Origin: Candidatus Obscuribacteraceae bacterium
GTDB taxonomy: Bacteria; Cyanobacteriota; Vampirovibrionia; Obscuribacterales; Obscuribacteraceae
Length of the DNA stretch: 64,000 nt
Assembly (NCBI GenBank): GCA_044229845.1
Contig: JBGASG010000002.1
Coordinates: forward strand, 352,001 to 416,000
Reading direction: 5' to 3'
The position numbers and the translations under genes were made by a program. Of this stretch, positions 53,409 through 61,929 are shown in pieces. The notes below the pieces were generated by a model. It was given only the letters and a program-made list of their open reading frames with translations, was not told where the DNA came from and searched no databases. Every line of letters starts with the position of its first letter. Position 1 is the stretch's first letter.

Positions 53409-54341
53409 TTATTGAACGGCGTTCTGATACCAGTAATTTGGATTGGTGGCATTGCCGCTCACATACAAACTGAAATGCAGGTGCGGTCCGCTGGCACGAC
53501 CAGTTGCCCCGATCTTGCCGATCTCCTGCCCGGCTGCCACCATCTGCCCCTCTTTGACCAGCAGCTTCGACATGTGAATATAGAAAGAAACCACGCCCTG
53601 CCCGTGATCGATAGCGACAGTGCCACCATGCAAGCGCCAACCGGTGTGAGCTATCAGTATCCGCCCTGCCTGCGTCGCTTTCACCGGCGATCCATAGCCG
53701 CCGGCATAATCGATGCCCGAGTGAAAATAGTCATCCAGCAGCTTGCCGTTCACCATGCGTCGCACACCGAAGGTGGATGACACGCGTGCCGCCGAGGGTG
53801 TTTGAAACTTGCCGGTCCAGAACTTCTCGGGGCTTACGGTGTGGCGCGCTTTATCCACAGTTTCTTCCTCGCCGGGAGAAGAAACGAAATTGTCTTTGCC
53901 TGGTGGCAGACGCAGATGCTGCAACCCGAATCCACCCCACACCACATTGAGTGGCACCGCAGTCGGCCCGACAGAAATCTTGTATGCGCCCGGCTTTAAG
54001 AGCACAGGCACGCTGACGAAGGCGCGATAAGATACAGGACCAGCCTCGCTGGTAGTGGCACCGGCTGCATCTTTATCAGACGCAGCATCGCGTGATACCG
54101 GAAAGGCTTTATAAGTTTCGTTGTTGAACTTAGCCACCGGCGGCGGTTCCGACCCGTTGAACTGGCCGACGGGATCGATGTGCAGAATCACCACCGATCC
54201 CTGCTTGGCGGTCGTCTGGGTCGCATGAATGTTGTAGTACGCATCGGCATCAACCGCCGGTGGTGCAGCACAACCTGTGACGAGAGCGAGAATAGTAAGA
54301 AGAAAGGTGCGCCCTTCCGCGCGACATGGCATCAGGGTCAC
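53409..54341 (-). CDS. M23 family metallopeptidase, probable lipoprotein
   Basis: HSGID and GPHLHF Zn motifs; LVTGC lipobox-like sequence. Confidence 0.9.
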   Translation of the reverse strand: MTLMPCRAEGRTFLLTILALVTGCAAPPAVDADAYYNIHATQTTAKQGSVVILHIDPVGQFNGSEPPPVAKFNNETYKAFPVSRDAASDKDAAGATTSEAGPVSYRAFVSVPVLLKPGAYKISVGPTAVPLNVVWGGFGLQHLRLPPGKDNFVSSPGEEETVDKARHTVSPEKFWTGKFQTPSAARVSSTFGVRRMVNGKLLDDYFHSGIDYAGGYGSPVKATQAGRILIAHTGWRLHGGTVAIDHGQGVVSFYIHMSKLLVKEGQMVAAGQEIGKIGATGRASGPHLHFSLYVSGNATNPNYWYQNAVQ

Positions 54342-54402
54342 TGCCTACACAATCTAATTGAAGGGATTCCGATTTGCACGCTAGTGTGTTGAAACGATCT
54401 GG

Positions 54403-54675
54403 TTAGTCCGGAAGCAATTCTTCGATAGCGGTGCGCAGTTCAGCGACCTTCTCGATTGGAATGGCAACACCCTTCTTGGTGGGCTTTTCTTCGCCGTCTT
54501 TGTCCAGATACCATTCACGAATGTGCAGATACTTGCGTCCGGCATACTCGCCGAGATACACGTTGATCGTCTCGCCACGCGACTTTTCATGCACGCGAAT
54601 GCGATCGGAAGCGGTGGTCGGTGTTGGCTGTTCCTGTGACTTCGAGCTGGAACTTTGCTGAGCTTTAGGCGACAA
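54403..54675 (-). CDS. PC4/YdbC-like single-stranded DNA-binding protein
   Basis: EYAGRKYLHIREWYLDKDGEEKPTKKGVAI; GGAGG RBS before TTG. Confidence 0.85.
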   Translation of the reverse strand: MSPKAQQSSSSKSQEQPTPTTASDRIRVHEKSRGETINVYLGEYAGRKYLHIREWYLDKDGEEKPTKKGVAIPIEKVAELRTAIEELLPD

Positions 54676-54829
54676 GGCTATTTCCTCCGGTCGGTACGAG
54701 CGTTAGATTTCCAAATCACACGGATACCTTCTTCTTATTCATATCTCTAACATACCCTCTTATGATAAAAAGTAAAGTTCTATTGTTCATTCTCTACTGA
54801 TCTGGAATAAAGGTTCAAAACAATTCGGT

Positions 54830-56140
54830 ATGTCCCAGTTCGTAGATCTAGTTCGCATAAAAGTTCGCTCTGGCGATGGTGGCAACGGCATGGTTGCCTG
54901 GCGGCGCGAGAAATATGAGCCGCTGGGCGGACCGGCAGGCGGCAACGGCGGGCGCGGTGGCGACGTGATTCTCCAAGCCACCAACGACATGTCGACGCTC
55001 TTAGACTTCCATTACAAAAACGAATTTAAAGCCACCCCCGGACAGAAAGGGGGGTCTAAGAACAAACATGGCAAACAGGGGGCAAATCTGGTCCTTAAAG
55101 TGCCTGTGGGAACGATTGTGCGCGATCTGGACAACGGCGGCCAACCAATCGCCGACCTGGCAGCCGCCGAGGCAAAGGTGACGGTGGCAGCGGGCGGACG
55201 CGGAGGACGAGGCAACACCGATCTGGCGACTCATGGCAATCGGGCGCCTTATTACTGCGAGCCGGGCGAAGCCGGCATCGAAAGACATCTGGAGCTGGAA
55301 CTCAAACTGATTGCCGATGTCGGTATTATCGGTCTCCCGAATGCCGGCAAATCAACCCTGCTGTCGGTGATGACCGCCGCCAAACCCAAAATCGCCGCCT
55401 ACCCCTTCTCTACCCTCACCCCCAACCTGGGCGTCGTCAAAGGAACTTCCGGCGACGGCTTCGTACTGGCTGATATTCCGGGACTGGTGGAGGGGGCGTC
55501 CGCAGGCTCAGGGCTGGGACACAAGTTTTTGCGGCATATCGAGCGCACCAGACTGCTCGTGCATATGGCCGATGCGACCAGCGAGACGCTCACCGACGAC
55601 ATTCGCACCATTTCTCACGAACTGGAACTGTACGGACAGACCCTGGCAAAGCTGCCCCGGCTCCTGGTTTTGAACAAACTGGACATGCTTTTGCCCGAAG
55701 AAGCCGCCAACTTGACCACCGACATAGAAAAGGAACTGCCCACCCTGGGCGGCGATGCGCAAACCATCAAAAAAGTCCTGGGTATCTCGGCCGCTTCCCG
55801 CCTCCACACTGATGATCTGCTGAAAGCCATTCAGTACGAGCTGTCCCTGCTACCGGTCACGGATACCACGGTGCATGTTTTCGACGACCCGGCCGCGCAT
55901 GAGCATGTAGACTCCGGTTTCAACGTCTGGCGCAAGAAAAACATCTTCCATGTGGAGGGTGACCGCGTCGAGCGGATTGTCTCGGTCACCAATATGCGCA
56001 GCCCCGAGGCGCTCCACCACCTGTTCCACGTGCTGCGCAGCATGGGGGTGGTCGATGCTCTACTGCAGGAGGGGATTCAGCCCGGGCAGGAGGTTGTCAT
56101 AGGGCCGACCTCATTCTCGTTTGGTGAAGATATGTACTGA
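54830..56140 (+). CDS. obgE: GTPase ObgE
   Basis: GDGGNG, GLPNAGKST, YPFSTLTPNLG, DIPGL and NKLD; C-terminal Obg domain. Confidence 0.97.
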   Translation: MSQFVDLVRIKVRSGDGGNGMVAWRREKYEPLGGPAGGNGGRGGDVILQATNDMSTLLDFHYKNEFKATPGQKGGSKNKHGKQGANLVLKVPVGTIVRDLDNGGQPIADLAAAEAKVTVAAGGRGGRGNTDLATHGNRAPYYCEPGEAGIERHLELELKLIADVGIIGLPNAGKSTLLSVMTAAKPKIAAYPFSTLTPNLGVVKGTSGDGFVLADIPGLVEGASAGSGLGHKFLRHIERTRLLVHMADATSETLTDDIRTISHELELYGQTLAKLPRLLVLNKLDMLLPEEAANLTTDIEKELPTLGGDAQTIKKVLGISAASRLHTDDLLKAIQYELSLLPVTDTTVHVFDDPAAHEHVDSGFNVWRKKNIFHVEGDRVERIVSVTNMRSPEALHHLFHVLRSMGVVDALLQEGIQPGQEVVIGPTSFSFGEDMY

Positions 56141-56281
56141 GCGGGCTTTAGGACTATATTTGGGGGAGGTTTGAAGACACCCCTGAGTGGAATATACTTT
56201 TAGGCTCGCCTCCCGGCAAAGCCGGTCAGGACTAGACCGTACGACCGCGACGCACCGTATGTGATACCATCTCCGACCTAG

Positions 56282-58075
56282 ATGCAGGCAAATCAAACTC
56301 GCAGTTCAACAGTTAAGGCCGCCCATGGCTTTCCGGCGGTGCTTTCCAGTTTGTACGACTGCCAGGGCATCATCAGCGAAGACGCGCGCACGATCGTCTA
56401 TAAGGCCAAGCATAAAGAAGTAGATCGCCTGGTGGCTGTGAAGATCTTCCACTCAGTAGACGTTGCCCGGCTGCCTTCCGGGTTCGACCTCGCCCTGAAA
56501 AATACCGGTTCGCTCAACCATCCCAATATCATTCGAGTCTACTCGTTCGGTATTGCGTCCACCGGCGCACCGTACGTCGTCAGCCAGCACTTCGAGGGCA
56601 AAACGCTCTCCGAGCTGATCACCTCCGACGGACGCATGAACGTTCATCGTTTTTGTCAGACCTTCTTGCCGATTTTGCACGCCATGGCTTACTCCCATCA
56701 AAAGGGGCTCGTGCACGGCGACCTGACTTGCAAGAATGTGATTATCACGGGCAATCCCAGCAATCCTATACCGCGTCTGACCAACTTCAACATCGCTCAG
56801 TGGCACGAGCACGTGCTCACCGGCAACAATACGACAGAAAAGCGCTTACTCTACGGCACACCGGCCTACATGAGCCCGGAGCGCTGCGACGGCGAGAAGA
56901 TGAGTATCCGTTCGGATATCTACGCACTGGGCGTCATGATGTACGAAGCATTGACCGGCAAACTGCCCTTCAACGGCACTACCAGCGATATCATTCAAAA
57001 GCACCTGCACGAGCACGCACCGACCCTCGATCCGTCTATACCAAAACCGGTGCACGCCCTGGTCATGCAGGCACTGGCTAAAGAACCGCATATCCGACAC
57101 CAGTCGACCGGTGATATGTACGATGCGCTGCGCGCGGTCGGCGACGAGATCGGAGCGTCTCTGGGGATCGCCACCGAAGAAGAGGAAGAACCGCAAGAGA
57201 GCGCGGCAGCAAGTAAGATTGGACTGGCTGTGATCGCCACCTTCCTGGGCATCATCATCGGCGTGTTGCTCTGGTCGATTTACCAGCAAAAACCCAAGGT
57301 CGAGCCGCATCCGGTTTCGCAACAATCGATACCAACCCCGGTGACGCGTGCTCCGGCGGCCGCAGATTTGCCTTTGACCATCGACAGCAATGCACCGCCC
57401 GGACATTTGCTCGAGTTGGCGGAAGAGGCTCTGACAGCGCGTCGTCTCGGCAACGCGCAGGCGCTAGCGGCAGCAGTTTTGAGCAACTCATCGGCCGGTG
57501 AAGACAATCACGCACGCGCCTATTACATGGCATCGCGCGTCGACTCCGAGCGCGGCGACCTCAAACGAGCCGTCACCGACGCCATCGCCGCCGACAAGCT
57601 CGCGAATCACTCGGGATCGAAAGTTGCCCGTTCGCTTATTCTCGTTCATCTCGCAGACCTCTACTGCCAGCAAGCTCAATACGCTGCGGCGGTGGCCGTA
57701 CTGCAACAGGCTCGCGGCATCGAACACGACGATCGCGGCGACGATACCATGGCTATGGCATTTATCAATCTGTTGCAGGGCGAAGCCGAACTGGGCTTGA
57801 AGAAATATCTCGATGCCGGCGAGCACTTGCGCGAAGCACTATATGTGGTGAACAAGAGCCCAGGACGAAACGGCGACGCTCGTACACGTCTCGACTGGGA
57901 TCTGGCTAACGTCTACTACAGTCAGGGCGACTACGTGAGCGCCAAGCCGTTTCTCGAACATTACATCGCCACCGCCCGCTCGTCGGCCAGTCAGCCCAGC
58001 AGCAACATTGTGCGGGCGGAGAAAATGCTGGCTCTCTCGCAAGAAGTGTCCGGCGAAACCGCTCAAAAACACTGA
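56282..58075 (+). CDS. Ser/Thr kinase-like protein with degenerate motifs (probable pseudokinase), TM and TPR
   Basis: VAVK and GTPAYMSPE retained; no Gly-rich loop, HGDLTCKN, DFG replaced by NFN. Confidence 0.8.
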   Translation: MQANQTRSSTVKAAHGFPAVLSSLYDCQGIISEDARTIVYKAKHKEVDRLVAVKIFHSVDVARLPSGFDLALKNTGSLNHPNIIRVYSFGIASTGAPYVVSQHFEGKTLSELITSDGRMNVHRFCQTFLPILHAMAYSHQKGLVHGDLTCKNVIITGNPSNPIPRLTNFNIAQWHEHVLTGNNTTEKRLLYGTPAYMSPERCDGEKMSIRSDIYALGVMMYEALTGKLPFNGTTSDIIQKHLHEHAPTLDPSIPKPVHALVMQALAKEPHIRHQSTGDMYDALRAVGDEIGASLGIATEEEEEPQESAAASKIGLAVIATFLGIIIGVLLWSIYQQKPKVEPHPVSQQSIPTPVTRAPAAADLPLTIDSNAPPGHLLELAEEALTARRLGNAQALAAAVLSNSSAGEDNHARAYYMASRVDSERGDLKRAVTDAIAADKLANHSGSKVARSLILVHLADLYCQQAQYAAAVAVLQQARGIEHDDRGDDTMAMAFINLLQGEAELGLKKYLDAGEHLREALYVVNKSPGRNGDARTRLDWDLANVYYSQGDYVSAKPFLEHYIATARSSASQPSSNIVRAEKMLALSQEVSGETAQKH

Positions 58076-58093
58076 TTCAGCCTGCTGGTAGGT

Positions 58094-59863
58094 ATGGGTA
58101 GCGAGCTCGATGACGATCCACTGCGCGCTTTATTAGATCGCGCGCAGATGCACCTGATCGAACCGCTTGGACAAGGCGGCATGAGTCGCGTCTACAAAGT
58201 GCGCAACCTGCACCTCGATCGCCTGGAAGCGATAAAAGTCATGGACAGGCGCTTGCTGTACCAGGTGGAGTATCTCAAACGATTGCAGCAAGAAGCGAAG
58301 TCAATCGCGCGTCTGCAGCACGAGGGCATTCTGCAAGTCTACGGCATGGGTGTTCTCGGCGATGGATTGCCCTACCTGTCCATGGAAGTCCTGGAGGGCG
58401 AGTCGCTGTCCGCGTTCCTGCAGAAACACGATCGCTTGACGGTGGCACAATTTTCTCAGTTGCTGCGGCCACTTTTAACGGCACTGGCATATGCTCACCA
58501 GCAGGGAGTCCTGCATCGCGACCTGAAACCAAGCAACATTTTTCTGGTCGATGGGAAACCGGAAACTCCCAAACTGATCGACTTTGGACTGTCCCAGCAG
58601 TTGAACCAGGAAGAGATTTTGCGCCTTACCCAGACCGGCGAAATGATCGGCACCCCCACCTACATGAGCCCGGAGCAGTGCCGCGGCGAGCCGCTCGACG
58701 AGCGCTCGGACATCTATTCGCTGGGCTGCGTCATGTATCAATGTTTGTACGGCGCTCCGCCTTTTGAAGGCGAAACAGCGCTGGAGGTGATGGTCAAACA
58801 AACCAACAGCGACACGCCCATCTTGCCGGTGTTGCCCGGTAATAGAGCAGTGCCACCACATGTGCAGGCTCTGGTCTTGAACTGTTTGAGCAAAGACAAA
58901 AACGCACGCCCAGCCTCAGCACCAGCCGCGCTGGCTGTGCTCGAAGACGACAGCGCAACACCAGCGCAACGCCGAGCTAAGAAAAAGACACCGGGCATGC
59001 CGTCTAAAATGAAAGTCTTGATCTTGTCTACCGGCGCCGCCTTGCTGGCGGCGACGGCAGTTTGTCTGAGTCTGATTTCGAGGCCTTCCACCGCACCACC
59101 GCCGCCGCCCCCGCTAACCAATCAAGACAAAGTCGAGGAAGTGTTCCGGCTCTCACAAGGTGCCATCAAGAACGGTGACTTGCCGGAAGCTGTCGAGCTG
59201 CTGACGCGCATCGAACCGGCGGCAATCTCCTACAGTCCGACTCTTTACGTGAGGATATGCGAGGACCTGGGCGCCTGCCACCGCGAACTTGGACACAGGG
59301 AAACCTCACTCCTCTATCTGAAACGCGGACTGGACCACGTGCCGCCCAGCGACCTGGAGAGGTTGCCTGAATACACCGAGACTTTTTTGAGAGAGACCGC
59401 TCTCACATTCGATCACTTTCACGAACCACAACAGGCACGCGATTACTTCATCAGAGCCGACGACTTTTTGCACAAGTGGAAATCAAATCCGAACCTGCGA
59501 TCGGTCGACTGGGACGAACAAGCACTGCAGACTTACTATCGCTGGGCATTGTTTGAAGAGCGCTCCGGCAACCCGAAGCAAGCGGAGCGACTTTTCAAAC
59601 TGGTGATGGATATAGATGTCCGCCAATTCAGGCGCGAATTTTTGACCTGCCAACTGGACGCCGCTTTTCACCTGGCCGGCATACTGCATCGGCAGCATCG
59701 CGTCGCCGAGGCTCTGGAGTTGTACACCGACGTATCCATGCTGCAAGGAACAGATGCTATGTCTCTGTCACCACCCGAACTAGCAATGCGAGAAGAAGCA
59801 AAAGCCCTGGCTGCCCAATGCAGCCAGGAGCTGAAAGCCCAGAAAAAATCGCCAGGTCACTGA
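58094..59863 (+). CDS. Ser/Thr protein kinase with TM and TPR-like region
   Basis: GQGGMSRV, AIK, HRDLKPSN, DFG and GTPTYMSPE. Confidence 0.92.
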   Translation: MGSELDDDPLRALLDRAQMHLIEPLGQGGMSRVYKVRNLHLDRLEAIKVMDRRLLYQVEYLKRLQQEAKSIARLQHEGILQVYGMGVLGDGLPYLSMEVLEGESLSAFLQKHDRLTVAQFSQLLRPLLTALAYAHQQGVLHRDLKPSNIFLVDGKPETPKLIDFGLSQQLNQEEILRLTQTGEMIGTPTYMSPEQCRGEPLDERSDIYSLGCVMYQCLYGAPPFEGETALEVMVKQTNSDTPILPVLPGNRAVPPHVQALVLNCLSKDKNARPASAPAALAVLEDDSATPAQRRAKKKTPGMPSKMKVLILSTGAALLAATAVCLSLISRPSTAPPPPPPLTNQDKVEEVFRLSQGAIKNGDLPEAVELLTRIEPAAISYSPTLYVRICEDLGACHRELGHRETSLLYLKRGLDHVPPSDLERLPEYTETFLRETALTFDHFHEPQQARDYFIRADDFLHKWKSNPNLRSVDWDEQALQTYYRWALFEERSGNPKQAERLFKLVMDIDVRQFRREFLTCQLDAAFHLAGILHRQHRVAEALELYTDVSMLQGTDAMSLSPPELAMREEAKALAAQCSQELKAQKKSPGH

Positions 59864-59887
59864 GTGCAGCACCACAGATGGTGCTAT

Positions 59888-60115
59888 TTACTCTTCTTCC
59901 GGCTTGGCGGATTTTTTCTTGGTCTTTTTCGGTTCTTCGTGATCGTGACCTTCATGATCGTGGTCATGACCTTCGTGATCATGATCATGTGCTGGAGCCT
60001 GAGCCACCGGACCGCGAGCTTCGCGGCGCACATTTGCTTCGTGTTGCAAGCGCGCAGATTTCTGTTTGCGTTTCGCCACCTTGGCGGCGCGCTTCATTCC
60101 TCTTTGCTGAGCCAT
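59888..60115 (-). CDS. Small Lys-rich protein with a His/Asp repeat
   Basis: MAQQRGMKRAAKVAKRKQK...HDHDHEGHDHDHEGHDHEE; start uncertain (60115 or 60169). Confidence 0.65.
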   Translation of the reverse strand: MAQQRGMKRAAKVAKRKQKSARLQHEANVRREARGPVAQAPAHDHDHEGHDHDHEGHDHEEPKKTKKKSAKPEEE

Positions 60116-60209
60116 CTCAATCGTTGCCTCTGTTATGGACTTTAATTCGACCGCGGCACGGGGAGCCATCGGTCACCGCTGCAGATGATATCAATTCAGT
60201 TTTGCGGGA

Positions 60210-60719
60210 TCAAACCCAGAGATTACCCAGGTATTGAATCCCCCTGCTGAAGGCGTCGGTCTTCAACCCTTCCAGGATCTGCCTTCCGATGGGCGGATAG
60301 AGCGCTCCGTTTTGCAGGTCGGCAAGCGGCAAAAAGTCCACCCCTGCCAGAACCGGCTCGTTGCCAAGACGCATAGTACCGCCGGTCACACGGGCAGTCA
60401 TGTAGACATTGACAATGTGCCGCGAGCGGTCGGGAGCAATCGCCTCCGAGATAAAAACCATCTTGTCAACCGCAACTTCCAGTCCGGTCTCTTCTCTGAC
60501 TTCGCGCGCTCCACACTCTTGAAAGGTCTCGCCGTACTCCAGCCTTCCACCTGGCAAAACCCAGTACTGCTTGCTGCCTTTGCGGTGTTTGACGAGAAGA
60601 ATTTTCTGATCGTCGGAGATGACGATAACCGAAACCCGCGTGGTCGGAATTGCTTTGCCGGGCTTCTTCTTGAGCCGATGCTTGGGCAAGTGAACCTCAA
60701 AATTTGGACGCCGCTGCAA
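60210..60719 (-). CDS. NUDIX hydrolase
   Basis: Nudix box GGRLEYGETFQECGAREVREETGL; start uncertain. Confidence 0.9.
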   Translation of the reverse strand: MQRRPNFEVHLPKHRLKKKPGKAIPTTRVSVIVISDDQKILLVKHRKGSKQYWVLPGGRLEYGETFQECGAREVREETGLEVAVDKMVFISEAIAPDRSRHIVNVYMTARVTGGTMRLGNEPVLAGVDFLPLADLQNGALYPPIGRQILEGLKTDAFSRGIQYLGNLWV

Positions 60720-60843
60720 TTCTAATAGATTTGAGAATCAAACAAATACCTTACAAATCGTATTGTCAGTTGAGGTCCCGTTCTCATTTAGATACCGTTT
60801 TATATTGATGTGCTGTCGTAAAACTGCTTGAGAGACCAGCAAG

Positions 60844-61911
60844 GTGACTGAAGAAAAGGTTGTTGTAAACGTGAGTAGCGAAGAACTGATCGCTAAATTG
60901 CAGGCGTGCCAGAACGAAGGTGTGTCGGCCATCGACGGCGCCGACACCACCGCACAACTGGAAGAGGTGCGCCAGAAGTTTCTCGGGCAAAAAGGCGCAG
61001 TGACGGAAGTCTTGCGCGCCATCGGCAAGCTGCCGAAAGACGAGAAGGCCGGCGTTGGACAAACAGCCAATCAGGTGAAGATCCGCCTGGAAGAAGCGCT
61101 GGCAGAGCGCGCCGCCTCGCTGGAAGACCGCGAGTTGCAAGCCCGGCTTTCGACCGAACGCATAGACGTAACTTTGCCCGGCACCGGACTCGTGCACGGA
61201 CATCTGCACCCGCTCACGCAGATCACACAGGAAATTATCGAGATCTTCTTCGGCATGGGCTTCACCGTGGCCGAAGGTCCCGAAATAGAAACCGAGTACT
61301 ACAACTTCGACGCGCTCAACACGCCCGCCGATCATCCGGCCCGCGATGAACAGGATACTTTTTATACCTCGGTCGGCGATCTGGTCTTGCTGCGCAGCCA
61401 GACTTCCACCGTCCAGGTGCGCGTCATGGAGAACAACAAACCACCTTTGCGGGTTATCTCACCCGGACGCGTGTATCGCAATGAAGAAGTCAACGCCCGC
61501 AAGTACCCGCTCTTTCACCAGGTGGAAGGACTGCTTGTGGACAAAAACGTGACGTTCGGTCAGCTGAAAGGCACACTCAATGAATTCATCCGCTTAGTCT
61601 TCGGAAAACCGCTCAAAACCCGGTTTCGCCCCGACTTCTTTCCGTTCACGGAACCCAGTGCGGAATTAGATTGCCAGTGCCCGTTCTGCCTCGGCGAAGG
61701 CTGCAAGACTTGCGGGCAGCGAGGCTGGCTCGAACTGCTCGGCTGCGGCATGGTCGATCCCAATGTCCTGCAAGGCGTCGGTATCGACCCTGAGATCTGG
61801 AGCGGCTTCGCCTTTGGCATGGGCATCGAACGGCTGGCCATGCTCAAATACGGCATCAACGATATTCGCAACTTTTACAACAACGATCTGCGTTTTCTCG
61901 AACAGTTTTAA
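60844..61911 (+). CDS. pheS: Phenylalanine-tRNA ligase alpha subunit
   Basis: NFDALN, HPAR, LRSQTS, FHQVEG, FPFTEPS and GFAFGMGIERL. Confidence 0.97.
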   Translation: MTEEKVVVNVSSEELIAKLQACQNEGVSAIDGADTTAQLEEVRQKFLGQKGAVTEVLRAIGKLPKDEKAGVGQTANQVKIRLEEALAERAASLEDRELQARLSTERIDVTLPGTGLVHGHLHPLTQITQEIIEIFFGMGFTVAEGPEIETEYYNFDALNTPADHPARDEQDTFYTSVGDLVLLRSQTSTVQVRVMENNKPPLRVISPGRVYRNEEVNARKYPLFHQVEGLLVDKNVTFGQLKGTLNEFIRLVFGKPLKTRFRPDFFPFTEPSAELDCQCPFCLGEGCKTCGQRGWLELLGCGMVDPNVLQGVGIDPEIWSGFAFGMGIERLAMLKYGINDIRNFYNNDLRFLEQF

Positions 61912-61929
61912 CTCATAAGGAACAGTGAC

